DNA of 64,000 nucleotides, taken from the NCBI GenBank assembly GCA_044892525.1, contig CM097887.1, positions 106,432,397 through 106,496,396 on the forward strand, in the 5' to 3' direction. Positions 37,400-49,734 of the stretch are shown one piece after another. The notes beneath the pieces are model-generated. The model had not been told where the DNA came from. It did no database searches and worked only from the letters and a program-made list of their open reading frames with translations. The stretch comes from Schmidtea polychroa. Taxonomy: Eukaryota. A program made the position numbers and the translations under genes. Within the stretch, counting starts at the first letter, position 1. Every line of letters begins with the position of its first letter.

Positions 37400-38950
37400 T
37401 TATTTCTTGTATCATTTCGTGCTTTAGTTGATTTGTTAAATCCAGGTTATTTTCGTCTTTATTTCTCGTTTCGGTATTTTGATCTTCATGTGTTTTCCCG
37501 ATTTTACCCTTTATCTTTTGTGAAAATATCCTTTGGATTCTTTCGTTCCCTTTGAGGACTCGTTGGGGGTTTTCCGTCTTGTTTTTGATTGTAGGTGTTG
37601 CTGGTTTTTCTGGCTCGGCTATGGGTATTCGCCGAAGGTCTTTTTCATAGTTATAACAGTACTGCTATTTTACCATTCTCATCATATTTATTTGTAATGG
37701 TTGAATTTGCCTCTGTTTGTAACGCTCTTGTTTTACTCGTTCTTCTTCTGCTTGTAATCTTTGCCACTCCTGTTGTTGAAATCCATAGTTATTCAAATTT
37801 TCCATGCTCCTCATCATTCCAATGTTTTGAGTTTGTTGCGGTGTCTGGGGTTGGCTTGGACGCTTCAGTTGTTGCATCATCGCTTCATTTGTGATATTTC
37901 TTGCATCACGTTCATCTGCTTTCCTTCGCTAAGTCTGTTGCTGGTTCTGTTGCTGGTTCCTCTCTCTAAATTCTCTTGACATATGTTCCACTTGTTCGCA
38001 GTTATAATATCCTCGTACTCCACAAATGGTTTCCATGTGACCTCTTCGTCCACACCGATTACAAGTTATTTTTTTGAAGCACTCTTTATCTCAATGTCCG
38101 GATTTCCCACGGTCGTTACCATTTCCATTTGATCGTCGTTGGCGTGGTTTAAATATCTGGTGGGCTCCAGGTATAAATTGTTTTACTTTTGGTTCGCCAC
38201 CCTCATTGTTTTCACTTCCTGTTTTTGTTGTTGTCACCGCTATTCTTCCCTCCTCTTGCATGATGTTCATTTGTGCCGAGAGATGTAATTCGCATCTGAC
38301 GGCCCAGGATATGGCCTCGTCTAACGTTTTGCACATCTGGCATCCTACAGATGCTCTTACTTACTCTCTCCTTAATCCTTCCACGAAATATCCGATCAGG
38401 TTCTCCTCTGGTAGTTTTCCGTCCATAGCTTTTCTCGCCAAACTTCTTAATTCGCTTGCGTATAACGTTACCGATTCATTGGCTCTCTGCTTTCGATTTG
38501 CCAGTTCGTTTATTGCATGGTTGAGATGGGTTTGCTTGCCCCAAATGCTGTCTTCAGAAATGTTTTTATATTTAGCCAATCACTCAAATTGATTTTCCCT
38601 ACTTTAGCTTCCAAATACACTTCTAGTGCGCTATCGCATAAAAATAGTGACATCCGTTTGCTCACTGTTTCCGCTGACCATCCACATACTTCGATATACC
38701 TCAAAATTAGTAAGAAAAGTCACAAACTTGTGTGCGTTTCCATTGAAAGGTTCTCCTCGGAATTTCTCTTTGTATTCTTCGGGTTTGACTGCTGGTTGAT
38801 TTTCGTGATTATTGGTTCGGTTATTGGTTCGGTTGCTTCTGATTCTAATACTTCGTCGATGGAAATCCTTGAACTCGTTAAACTTTTGATAGATACGGTT
38901 TGACTGTTAGTGAGTTCTCGTAGACTAGCTCGACTATGGGACCATGTACG
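37400..38950 (-). pseudogene. Ty3/Gypsy gag remnant with CCHC zinc knuckle
   Basis: GEPFNGNAHKFVTFLTNFE, CGWSAETVSKRMSLFL, RKQRANESVTLYASELRSLA, YFVEGL, TLDEAISWAVRCE, CNRCGRRGHMETIC (~38025-38065). Confidence 0.85.
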
Positions 38951-39880
38951 TTTAAGTTCGTGATCGAATAACAGAATCTCCTGATTTCCGGGTTCTGTAT
39001 TTCCTCTGCATATTGAATGACCTCTCTTATTTATCTTTACTGATCTGCTGTGGCGGATGTGATTGAGTTGGTCAACGGGTAATGGTAGTTCGAAGTTGTT
39101 ATTGGGTGGTCGAAGTGTTGATCGTCTATCCTCCGTGATTTCTGCTTTAATTCCTGACTGGAACTTCGGTTTCCTGGTTTATCTGGGATTTCTTCTGACT
39201 TTGTTTCTCTGATTTGAATTGTGCGGGTTCTGAAAGTTGCTTGTCCCAGTGACCTCTTGGGTTCTCCTTCGATACGTTGATTTATCCTTGTGCAGGTTCT
39301 GTATTGACTTTGACTTGACTTGGAATGAATATACAATTTAAAAATGAGACCGTGTTGCTGAGTCACTCACACGACTCTATCACCTTTTCCTTTGTTCACA
39401 AAAGACACCTCTTTAAGGCTCCCCATTTTGCTTTCTCCCTATGATATTTCATCCATTATTCCTCGCGGGTTATAATTAACCATAATCCCTGATTTTTAGT
39501 TGATTTTAAATTATCTATAGGGAGATTATCTATATGGTCGCAGTAATTATCTATCTTTAATCAATTTTAATACTGATAGGTCATTATCGGTAAGTTACCT
39601 ATAATTTCCCCCCATTTACCTATTCCGCTTTTTGCGCATTCCCTTCATTTAATTCTTACCTTTTCGGTTTCTACTTTGGGAGCTTTGAAAATTTCTATTC
39701 TTATTTGTTTCTGCTTTCGAAACAATCAACTAAACAAAATTTCTTAAATTCTTGTCTCATTGGTCTTTGCTTTCGAGACTATTAAAAATTCCTAACTTGT
39801 TAGTTTCTGCTTTCGAAACTTTGAAAATCCCTCTCCCGTTGATTTCGCTTTCAAATCATCAAAATTCTTATCTTATTAAT

Positions 39881-42800
39881 TAGGGTTGTTAAACGAAAAT
39901 CGGAAATCCGATTTTCGATTTTGAAAACGATTATCGGTTTCTTTATTTCACAAAACGATAATCGGTTTTGTTTGTCTTTTACATATTATACAGATAAATT
40001 GAATGCCGGGAATTTAATTTTGTTCATTGTTTACTACTGTATCCATTCAATTTTACCGACAGAAAGGGGCAGTTTTTTTCAACTCGTCAAAACTCCTTAC
40101 AACGTGTTTGTACATGAGTCAATCTTTTCAATTATCCCATTCCTGTAACAACGGCAAGAGGTTGCTCTAGTATTCCAACATATCTCACCGACTGACCAGT
40201 TATTTGTCAGTTGATGTCCGTAATCGGCAACCGCTGATTTGTTTTATACAGCCCCTGACAGGTACTGTGCCCATTAAATCTTTTAATCGGGACCAGCTGA
40301 GGCCAAGGTTGTGGTTGTGTGTTTTAGTATTTGCAGTTTGCCGGTTTTGTTTGGCAACCTGATATTTGTTGCCGAAATCGGCCACCAAAGATTTGATTAC
40401 TGCAGTCCATAACAGAAGCTTAGCTATTAACCCCCTTGACAGGGACTAGATGTGGCCGAGGTCGGCGATTTTGTGTTTAGTCCGCGAAGGTCTATTTTGC
40501 AATCTGATATCTTGCATCTGCGAACCGGTTAAAAGTTTATTCTGGTTTAACTTAAAACCAGAATAAACTGAATTGCATACCGCATCATCTTCATGAAAGC
40601 CAGATGTAAAGAGATCGAAAGACATGTGCTATTCCTCGAATCATAATGTTTGGTTGTTTACCCATTGAAATATGGAAGAGAGTTGGACACTAGGACAAAC
40701 TTCAAGTTTGGGTGACGACCATTCTCAAATTTATTCAGTTTGTTGATCTTTTGACAATGTCTAAGAGGCTGCTCAGGTCGAAGTAAATTGATTTTCGGGA
40801 TTTTAATTTATGACAAGATTTTGGAAAGTCCAATCCATGGTTCAAATCTACTATAAACATATAAACTGTTATATAATTTCCATTCATTCAGTTAGTTGCT
40901 CTTGTAGTAGCTGTTATTAATCCATATAATTGAAAATTGCGGTTTAGTTTAAATATTACGTAATATTCAATAAACATTTTTTATATTATCTAAATCAATA
41001 CAAAATCAGTTTAAATTTATGGGTTTCCGTATAAATAAGTCTGACGTCTGGGACAATTTTGATAAAATTTCGGCGACGATGGCACAATGTAAGCTCTGTG
41101 CACAGCAAATAAGTAGGAGTGGAGGTACTACGGCTGGTTTGCATGCACATTTGCGTAGCAAACATGGTGGATTAACAACATCTTCAAATACTCAAACACG
41201 ATTGACTGCATTGATTACAACACAAAGAAATTGTCCGAGTAGTAAACAGGAAAAAATTACGGCTGCTGTTGCGAGATTGATTTCCGAAAATATGTTGGCA
41301 ATTTCGCTCGTGGAATCGAAATCCTTCCGTGAATTGATGGCGATAGTGGAGCCAGGATATCGTCCTCCGTGTCGTCAGACGATGACAGCACGACTAACAG
41401 CAATGAAAAATAATTTAGTGGTCAAAATGTCGAAATATATCCATGAAAATGTCAAGGACATTGCGATCACTACCGACATCTGGACTAGTGTCACCAATGA
41501 AGCTTATCTCAGTTTTACTGCAAGCTACATTGATACAGACTGGAATATGATGACGCCTGTTCTTGGAACAATTCTGATGACTCAACGCCACACACAAGCC
41601 GTCATTGCTGACCATCTATGTAGTATAGCTGATGAATGGTCAATAAAAGAAAAAATTGTTGCATGTGTCCATGATGGTGCATCCAACATCAATCATGCAG
41701 GCAATCTCAATGGATGGTTTGACGTTCACTGTGCGGCGCATAAATTGCAACTTTGCATCAATAATGCAATGGGCTCCCATGTTGTCACGGATCATCAAAT
41801 TTCCAAATGTATATCAGCTGCAGCACGACTAGTCGGACATTTCTCACATAGCCCAATGGCAACGGGGGAGCTCCTGAAAAGACAGTTGTCCATGGACAAG
41901 GATAAAACGCCACTAAAACTTATTCAGCACTGTAAGACTCGTTGGAACAGCGTCTATGACATGTTTGAACGACTAGTAGAACTGAGATGGCCAGTAGTTG
42001 CAGTATTGAGCGACAAAAACGTGGTGAAATTGAACGATGCCAAAACGTTGGGCATGAAGGACGATTATTGGCAACTGATGACTGAATTGCTCCCTGTTTT
42101 AAAAGCGTTGCAGATCGTGACGTCCGTCATGTCAGCCGAAAGCCAGCCATCAGCCTCTTGTGTTTTTTCCATGTTATGGGGACTCGTGAAAAATCATTTA
42201 ACCATTAAAGAAGAAGATTCTGACATTATGGGTGAATTTAAGAGAGATCTTGCTAAGAATATTTCACGTCGTTTTGGATTAGAAAATAATGAAACAGCAA
42301 AAAACGAATGCGTTGTTGCATCAATTCTCGATCCGATGTATAAGCATCTTCCTGGATTTCCGGACGATTTCAAAAAGCTGGCGTATGAAAATGTCCGTCA
42401 TCTCACCAGACAGCTGCCAGATTGCCCCGAACAGCCGAAGACGAGTCGGGATGAAGATAACATGATCCCACCAACTAAAAGATCACGACCAAATCATGAT
42501 GCAGTTATGTTTCTCCTTGGTGATAGTGCAGCACAACAGGCGCCAGAGGAATCCGACTTTGAATATTACGTCAAATCATCATGGTCGACAAACTCAAGTG
42601 AAACAGCCTTGGAGTGGTGGAAACATAATATGAAACTTTTCCCCAAAACAGCTATTCTTGCCCGGAAGTTCTTATGCATTCCTGCAACCTCAGTGCAATC
42701 GGAACGATTATTTTCGGCCACTGGACGTCTGATAACCAAGCTTCGTAACCGGCTCCTTCCAGATCATGCAGAATCTTTGGTCTTTTTGAATATGAACCAG

Positions 42801-43219
42801 GACTTGTCTGATATTTAAAAATAAAATCGAATTTAGTACTTACTTTTAAATGTTTACACTTTGGAATCTTTGTTTTTGATATCTATGGTTTCGATATGTT
42901 TATGTTTAATTTTAAAATAAGGCCGCCGCAGCACCGGAAAGTTTTATTTTGATTTATACTTTAGTATATACAGGGAAAATTACCGAAGAAATTGAAAACA
43001 AATTTACTTATATGCTTTAACTTTTTACATAAACAGTCAGTTCATATTCTCCTTGTGTGTGGTATAAACTTTGAATAAAACTAATTATACTATACACGTG
43101 CGTGAATAGTAATAATGTAAGTAGCTTTGGTTATGCAAAGTGCAAACGATAATCGGTTTAAAATCGGATTTATACAAACGATAATCGGATTGCTCGAAAA
43201 ACCGATATTAACAACCCTA
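39881..43219 (+). mobile_element. Full-length Ac-type hAT transposon, 3339 bp
   Basis: TIR TAGGGTTGTTAA / TTAACAACCCTA; perfect 8-bp TSD TTATTAAT; subterminal CGATAATCGG repeats. Confidence 0.95.
41019..42818 (+). CDS. hAT (Ac/ZBED1-like) transposase with BED finger, 599 aa, intact
   Basis: WDNF..CKLC..HAHLRSKH, TTDIWTS, HDGASN, CAAHKLQL, TRWNS, IPATSVQSERLFS. Confidence 0.95.
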   Translation: MGFRINKSDVWDNFDKISATMAQCKLCAQQISRSGGTTAGLHAHLRSKHGGLTTSSNTQTRLTALITTQRNCPSSKQEKITAAVARLISENMLAISLVESKSFRELMAIVEPGYRPPCRQTMTARLTAMKNNLVVKMSKYIHENVKDIAITTDIWTSVTNEAYLSFTASYIDTDWNMMTPVLGTILMTQRHTQAVIADHLCSIADEWSIKEKIVACVHDGASNINHAGNLNGWFDVHCAAHKLQLCINNAMGSHVVTDHQISKCISAAARLVGHFSHSPMATGELLKRQLSMDKDKTPLKLIQHCKTRWNSVYDMFERLVELRWPVVAVLSDKNVVKLNDAKTLGMKDDYWQLMTELLPVLKALQIVTSVMSAESQPSASCVFSMLWGLVKNHLTIKEEDSDIMGEFKRDLAKNISRRFGLENNETAKNECVVASILDPMYKHLPGFPDDFKKLAYENVRHLTRQLPDCPEQPKTSRDEDNMIPPTKRSRPNHDAVMFLLGDSAAQQAPEESDFEYYVKSSWSTNSSETALEWWKHNMKLFPKTAILARKFLCIPATSVQSERLFSATGRLITKLRNRLLPDHAESLVFLNMNQDLSDI

Positions 43220-43737
43220 TTATTAATCTCTGCTTTCAAGACACAACAATATTTTGCCCGTGGGTTTCCGTTTTCGAAACCAAAAACAAATTTTCCTTTA
43301 TCCTTATGTAGGTAGGGTTTTATTTTGCTCCTTTTATGCTGCAGCTTTGTTAGTCTATTTCCTTTTGCTATCTTATCTATTTGGTCTTACTCTATGTACT
43401 TTTATTTACCATACCTGTTTGAGTGGATTTACTATTATTACTACTGAGATCATTTAACTTTCTCTGTTATGGTTGGCATTCCTAACCGTATGTAATTGGG
43501 TGGTGCTTTCCCTACTTCAAGGCTTCATTTCTCTAGCTAGCTTTTTATCCGGATGATGCTTTCTCTACCTCAGTTTTACTTAATCTAAGCTGACTTTTCT
43601 AGCTCCTAGTAACTGGCGTCGCTTTCCCTAACTCAATTTTATTCAATTTAAGTCGACTTTTCACATCCTCATGGGTTTCTTTATTCAACTTTTCTTATTA
43701 TCATCTCTCGTCCTAGGTTCACTTATACTCTGACCTA

Positions 43738-45885
43738 TAGTTCCTCAATTACCGTATGTTTTATTTTACCGGTAAACGGTAAATTAACAATCGTATTACC
43801 GGTAAAACCGGTAAATTTCGGTAATAAACATTTTACCAGAAATTAAAACAAAATCATGGTTTAATTGAAAAAAAACATTGCAATATGTTTATTTCATACA
43901 TATAATATAAAAGAAATCATTCAAGAAAAGAACTAAATACAAAAATTTAAATTATTCATTATTTTTGTTAACATTTTGTTTCAAAAAGAAATATTTAAGG
44001 AAAACGATAATGTGCAAATTTTCATCCGATTACCTAGTTCTTATTTTAGTGCAAACTCGGCTCGCTGTGGAGAATGTTCTTTCATTGTCTGTAGATGTTG
44101 GTTTTGCGGTTTGCAGAGCTTCGAACAAAAGTGTGAGATTATGACTTTTTTCCCCGGATATTTCAAAAAATAAAAACTCTTTCTGGACTGATGATAATAA
44201 TCCTACTGGTTTACTGGAAATGGAAACCATAGCTGTAGAAATAACTTTTTGAAATTGAGATTTCAAGTCAGTATTTAAAAGGTCGGTCTCGACATTATCT
44301 TCTGAATCTGATTCTGCTGACTCATCTGATTTGAATAATCTTTCAATTATTTTTTTCCCAAATGCCACTGTCGATAACTTTGAACAGTAATCAAAGTGAA
44401 CATTTCGTTTCATTAAATTTTTTGGATGAAGCATGTACTGTACAAGAGACAATAATTTAATATTACGTCTTTTATCAATTTCTCTTTTCAAACAAACTAA
44501 GAAGTTAGAAGTTATTGGTGAATCGGTATTTTTTTCCAATGTTGAACATAACAATTCAATTACACTTTCCGCGGTAAATAGCGTAGCATCATTTCTTGCT
44601 AAGGCTTCTGCGGCAATCCGAACTGGCTCTAAATTTTTTGAATGTTTATCAAATATTTTTCGTCTATTCTGGCTAACAAATGAAGAGATTTAAATTTTCT
44701 AAGGCTTCTTTTACTTCTTCTTTTACTTGTAAATATCGTTCTATCATGGGATCGATGGAATTCCAACGTGTCTTTATATCTATTTTTAATTCCAGTTCTT
44801 TACCAAGTCGAGTTTTTATCTTCTCTTGCAAAAAATCATTTTTCAATGACGATAATCGAAAATATTTAATGACGCTGCGTAAGGCTTGCAATTGAATGAA
44901 AAAATTTGAATTCATCATTTTCAATTGCCTCGTTTATCTTTTCAATTATCATATGGTTATCTGGTTCAGCAGAGTCACCATCATCAATGTCAGCGTCACT
45001 GTCATATTCCTCTTCCAAAATAATGTCTTTCTCATTTGCAACATATTTTTGGTAGAAAAACTTGGTTACTGATAAATGTAGTGCATAGTTTAAGCATAAT
45101 ACCGGTTCAACTGGACTTTCTCTATTATATTTTTGCATTACTGCTGCACCATCGTTGATTGAACATAAAATATGATGATCAAAATCTACGTTGAACTCAT
45201 TTAATCGGTTTCTTATTATTGCCTGAATATTTTTTGCATCACATTTTCCAGTTATTCTTGCTAAACCAAGATTGTAATTTTCTTTGTCATCATACAAAAT
45301 AATATTGCAATATCTTCTATTTTTGATGCTTGTCCATTCGTCTACAGACAGCGAAAATCGTTTCCCAATAGAAATTTTGGACTGTAATTGTTCTACAAGT
45401 TGTATTTTTATTTTATCGTAATAAACTTTTACCAATTCCATCGTGCCCGTTGAATTTTTTGGAAGCTTGTGTCCTAGTTTATTTATACTTTGCCGAATGA
45501 AAGACGAATTTGTCACGCCATAATAAGAGAAACCATCTAAAGCAATTAGTCTAGACACAATCTCTTCTAAAGTTTCACGTTGTAAATAACTGGATATTAG
45601 TATTTTATCCTTTTTAAATGTAGAGGCAGAAGTACTAGGACCTGCATCATTATCAGCTGCTTTTTTTGATCAAAATTTTATGTACAAGTTTAAGGTGCGA
45701 AATCATTCCACTTTTTGAACCACCATCACATTTAATAGATTTTTACATAATCTGCATATAGCTTCTTTATTTTGCACAATAACCGTATTACCGGTAATTT
45801 AGTAAATATTTTTACCGGTAAACGGTAATGTAAAAATGCGCAATTTACCGGTAAACGGTAAAGGTTTTTACCGGTAGAGGAACTA
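43738..45885 (-). mobile_element. Decayed Ac-type hAT transposon, about 2150 bp
   Basis: TIR TAGTTCCTC / GAGGAACTA; subterminal TACCGGTAAA repeats; frameshifted transposase (SVDEWTS, NDGAAVM, KTRWNS, KPTSTDNERTFS); TSD not resolved. Confidence 0.9.
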
Positions 45886-46361
45886 TACTCTTATACTTTT
45901 GAGTCCTGTTTGTATTTTAGCTATTTCTTACTTTACCGCTCATGAGTGTTTTCCCCTCTCCCTCCTTGCTTGAAACGCACAACGATCGCGATGATCCATT
46001 TCCACATTGGCATGGTGATCAGTGATGCCGCAGAAACTTCTCATCATTTGAAATGGTACCTCGTCCTACATTCCTCCCTTAGGTTGATCGGTTATCTCTT
46101 CCCAATTGGTTTTTTCGGTATATTGTACCGCCCGAAGGTGGCTCGGTTGTTATTGTTTGCTCTTATATCGGGACTAATTCCACATTAATTTTACGGTTCG
46201 CTTTCCTCTTTTTGATTGATATAGAAATAAAGATATACAATAACAAGAATGTTTTTAATTATTTACTTCGTTTACCTACGAATAATCAAGACACAACTAT
46301 GACATTATTATTAATTTATTTAATATAACATTACACCACATTCATTCACTTTCGTATATAG

Positions 46362-46680
46362 TTAATCGCCATAGAAAGCAAGATGAGTTTCTGCTATGGA
46401 ATATTGGCACATAGTACAACATTTTAGTTCTTTGATACATTCCTCGCAATGACTAAGGTATCCGCATGGCAAGATTAATATGCGTATGGGGCGAAGTCTG
46501 CATATGCAACAGGTTCGTAAGATGGACACTTTCTCTTTTATTTTTAGTTCGATCGTTTCGGCTAGTATGTCTAACTGCTCTCGTATTCGGTGATAATCTA
46601 GGTTTAATTCTGGGTGATATCACTGATATAGGGTTTTGTTGCTTACATTACAATCTTTATGGCCTAATCCTAATAGATAA
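46362..46680 (-). pseudogene. C-terminal IAP/RNF34-type RING finger remnant; absent from the ORF track
   Basis: ..EQLDILAETIELKIKEKVSILRTCCICRLRPIRILILPCGYLSHCEECIKELKCCTMCQYSIAETHLAFYGD*; one upstream TGA; the expected His in PCGH is Tyr. Confidence 0.75.
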
Positions 46681-46687
46681 TATGAAT

Positions 46688-48070
46688 ATCTATACCTCAT
46701 TCAAAAGGTATTGCAACGGGCTTCAAAATGAGCCATCGGTCAATAAATTCCATTGGTGGTAACTCTGTAAATTTAAATTTTAAATATGACCTTGAAAAAA
46801 TAAATATGACCTTGAAAAAATAATATTTTGAAAAATAGTAATTTGACCTTGAAAAATAATATTTTGAAAAAATAATAATATCTTTTCCAATAATGATGGT
46901 AATATGGATTTCTATACTTTATTCGAAAGGTATTGTAGTGGGCTTCAAAAAATGTTATCGATCAATAAATTGCGTTGGCGGGAAGTCTGACAAAATTGTC
47001 TTTGTCCCAGTGGGCTCATGTTTTTAAAGAAAAATAATATAACCATGAAAAATAATATTTTGAAAAAATAATAATATCTTTACCAATAATAATGATAATA
47101 TGAATATCTATACCTCATTCGAAAGGTATTGCAATGGGCTTCAAAATGAGCCATCGTTCAATAAATTCCATTGGTGGGAACTCTGTAAATTTAAATTTTA
47201 AATGACCTTGAAAAAATAAATGACCTTGAAAAAATAAATATGACCTTGAAAAAATAATATTTTGAAAAAATAATATTATCTTTACCAATAATATTGATAC
47301 TATGGATATCTATACCTCATTCGAAAGGTATTGCAATGAGCTTTAAAATAAGTCATCGATCAATAAATTCCATTGGTGGGAACTCTGTAAATTTAAATTT
47401 TAAATATGACCTTGAAAAAATAAATGACCTTGAAAAAATAAATATGACCTTGAAAAAATAATATTTTGAAAAAATAATATTATCTTTACCAATAATATTG
47501 ATACTATGGATATCTATACCTCATTCGAAAGGTATTGCAATGAGCTTTAAAATAAGTCATCGATCAATAAATTCCATTGGCGGGAACGCTCAAAATTTAA
47601 ATTTTAAAATATGACCTTGAAAAAATAATATTTTGAAAAAATAGTAATATGACCTTGAAAAATAATATTTTGAAAAAATAATAATATCTTTTCCAATTAT
47701 GATGGTAATATGGATTTCTATTCTTCATTCGAAAGGTATTGTAGTGGGTTTCAAAAAATATTATCGATCAATAAATTCCGTTGGCGGAAACTCTGACAAA
47801 ATTGTATTTGTCCCGGCGGGCCCATGTTTTTTAAAAGAATAATGTAACCTTGAAAATAAATGACCTTAAAAATTAATGACCTTGAAAATATAAACGACCT
47901 TGAAAAAATAGTAATATGACCTTGAAAAAATAATATTTTGAAAAAATAATAATATCTTTACAAATAATATTGATAATATAGATATCTATACCTCATTCAA
48001 AAGGTATTGCAATGAGCTTCAAGATAAGCCATCGTTGAAGAATTTCCGTTGGCGGGAAGTCTGACAAATT
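46688..48070. repeat. Satellite-like tandem array, about 7 units of ~200-270 bp with internal ATGACCTTGAAAAAATAA subrepeats
   Basis: Recurring TCTATACCTCATTCGAAAGGTATTG...ATAAATTCC.TTGG.GGGAA; reverse-complement fragments at ~58960-59340 and ~61840-62220. Confidence 0.9.
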
Positions 48071-48109
48071 TATAGTCTTAGCGGGCTCATATCTGGGAAT
48101 ATATATAAT

Positions 48110-48530
48110 CCAGACTAAGCACCCAAAAATCATGTTGGGTTGCCGACTACGTCGACACTCCTTTATCATCGACTAGGCAACAAAATAGATTTCGTCGACC
48201 GCTAGCCAGACACCCCATGATCGTTCTTACGTCATGACACCCATGATCTGCATCATGTTGGTGATGTGCCATGACGGCGGAGCGTAGTGAAGCAGGTGAG
48301 TCCCTACTACTGACTACTCGTTCACCACGTTTCGACTTCTCTATTTCCTGACAGCCGATAGAAGGTCTTACATCGCATGCGCTGAAATTCAGCAAAATGT
48401 GATGTGCCATGACGGCGGAGCGTAGTGAAGCAGGTGAGCCCCTACTACTGACTACTCGTTCACCACGTTTCGACTTCTCTATTTCCTGACAGCCTGACAG
48501 CATGCGCTGAAATTCAGCAAAATCTAACTC
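48110..48530 (-). mobile_element. LTR-like segment with an internal ~95-bp duplication
   Basis: Homologous to 5680-5870; GTGATGTGCCATGACGG..CTGACAGCC occurs at ~48260 and ~48400. Confidence 0.55.
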
Positions 48531-48796
48531 CCTTGCATTGATTTACTCGACTTAAAATAATCATTTATCAAAAGCGAATAACACGGATAATGAAACAAAT
48601 TTATAATTAGGCACACAATATTTGAAGACAGCGTCAGTGATATTTACACCTAAACATAGGCCTAAGACAACGTACAGTTTCATGACATGAAATCCACAGA
48701 CTAGACATTTGTGGTCGTGAGTGGGTGCGACTGTTCAAAAAGTAGATGGAGACGCGCCGGCAAAAATTTTGTGTAAAATTAAAAAAATGAAAATAT

Positions 48797-49734
48797 ATAT
48801 CGTGTCTAAATTTTTGATCACACAACCTTAATTCACAGTCTAATGTTCCGATAACATTGATAGGTTGTCCGTTTGCTCCCGATGCAACAGTTAATGTCGG
48901 CACTATTGCTTGTAATTCTTTTTCATTTAATAAATTTGCTTCGATCAATGTCAAATCTGATCCTGAATCAATAATGGCATGTACCGTATGCCTGTTAACT
49001 TTTAATTTGATCGTAGGTTTATGAGTCTTTTTACCCATATTGACCATTAATATTGTTGAGATTCCTCTAATGTTATCTCTGAACTTTTGTTGATCATCAC
49101 TATCTTTGTCATTTTCCGATTTTATTTCATCTTTATACTCCTCCTTTAGCCGTTCCAGCGTGCTAAATGGATATTTCGGTACCATCTCCAATACTGATGT
49201 ACCCAAGGGTGGCATTGTCTCGAAATTCATCTGATACGTTGGGTATGAGGTAGATGGTAGTATATCTGTATTTGTTCTAAACTCGAACCTCTTTAGCATT
49301 TCTTCTTCAACTCGTTCTGGTATTATCTTTTTTCTACCCTCGTATGGTGACAAATAATTCACAGGCCATTCCTGCCGTTTCCTCCTTTTTGCTTTAACAG
49401 GGTACTGTTGTAAAGTACTATTTTCAAAATTTTGAAATTTCGGCTTTTTGTTGTCTGGTTTTATTGAGGTGTTGTCTGAGGTCTCATAGGCCTCTAGGTT
49501 ACCTCTCTCGTCAGAATTGTCATCGTCTCGATGACTAGGTTCATACATTATTAACTGATGTTTCTTTATAGTTTGTCTCTTCATTATCTTAATCTCTTTA
49601 TTATGATGATGAAATACTGCAAAATCTGCACAAACTGGACACATTCCTAGTAGCAACTTCCACGACCATCCCCCGATCTTGAAGATACTATAGGTGGAAA
49701 ATAATTGCGATATGATTATTTTCAATATCATCAC
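48797..49734 (-). pseudogene. Truncated gag-tail/aspartic protease ORF (inverted copy)
   Basis: AIIDSGSDLTLI; identical to 54735-55672, then joined to noncoding sequence. Confidence 0.85.

Larger units (their letters stand above)
39400..45945 (-). mobile_element. Probable LTR/leader of the Gypsy element, split by two hAT insertions (pieces 39400-39880, 43228-43737, 45886-45945)
   Basis: Noncoding; lies between a purine tract (AAGGAGGGAGAGGGGAAAA, minus strand ~45948-45966) and the gag leader; CTGCTTTC.A.AC motifs continue across the 39881-43219 insertion. Confidence 0.45.

Noticed and set aside
39400-39440. Primer-binding site TGGGGAGCC upstream of gag
   Set aside because: Too short a match to assign a tRNA, and the LTR boundary is unknown.
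46688-48070. CRISPR-like array
   Set aside because: Eukaryotic context; the intervening sequences are homologous to each other rather than unique spacers; no cas genes.
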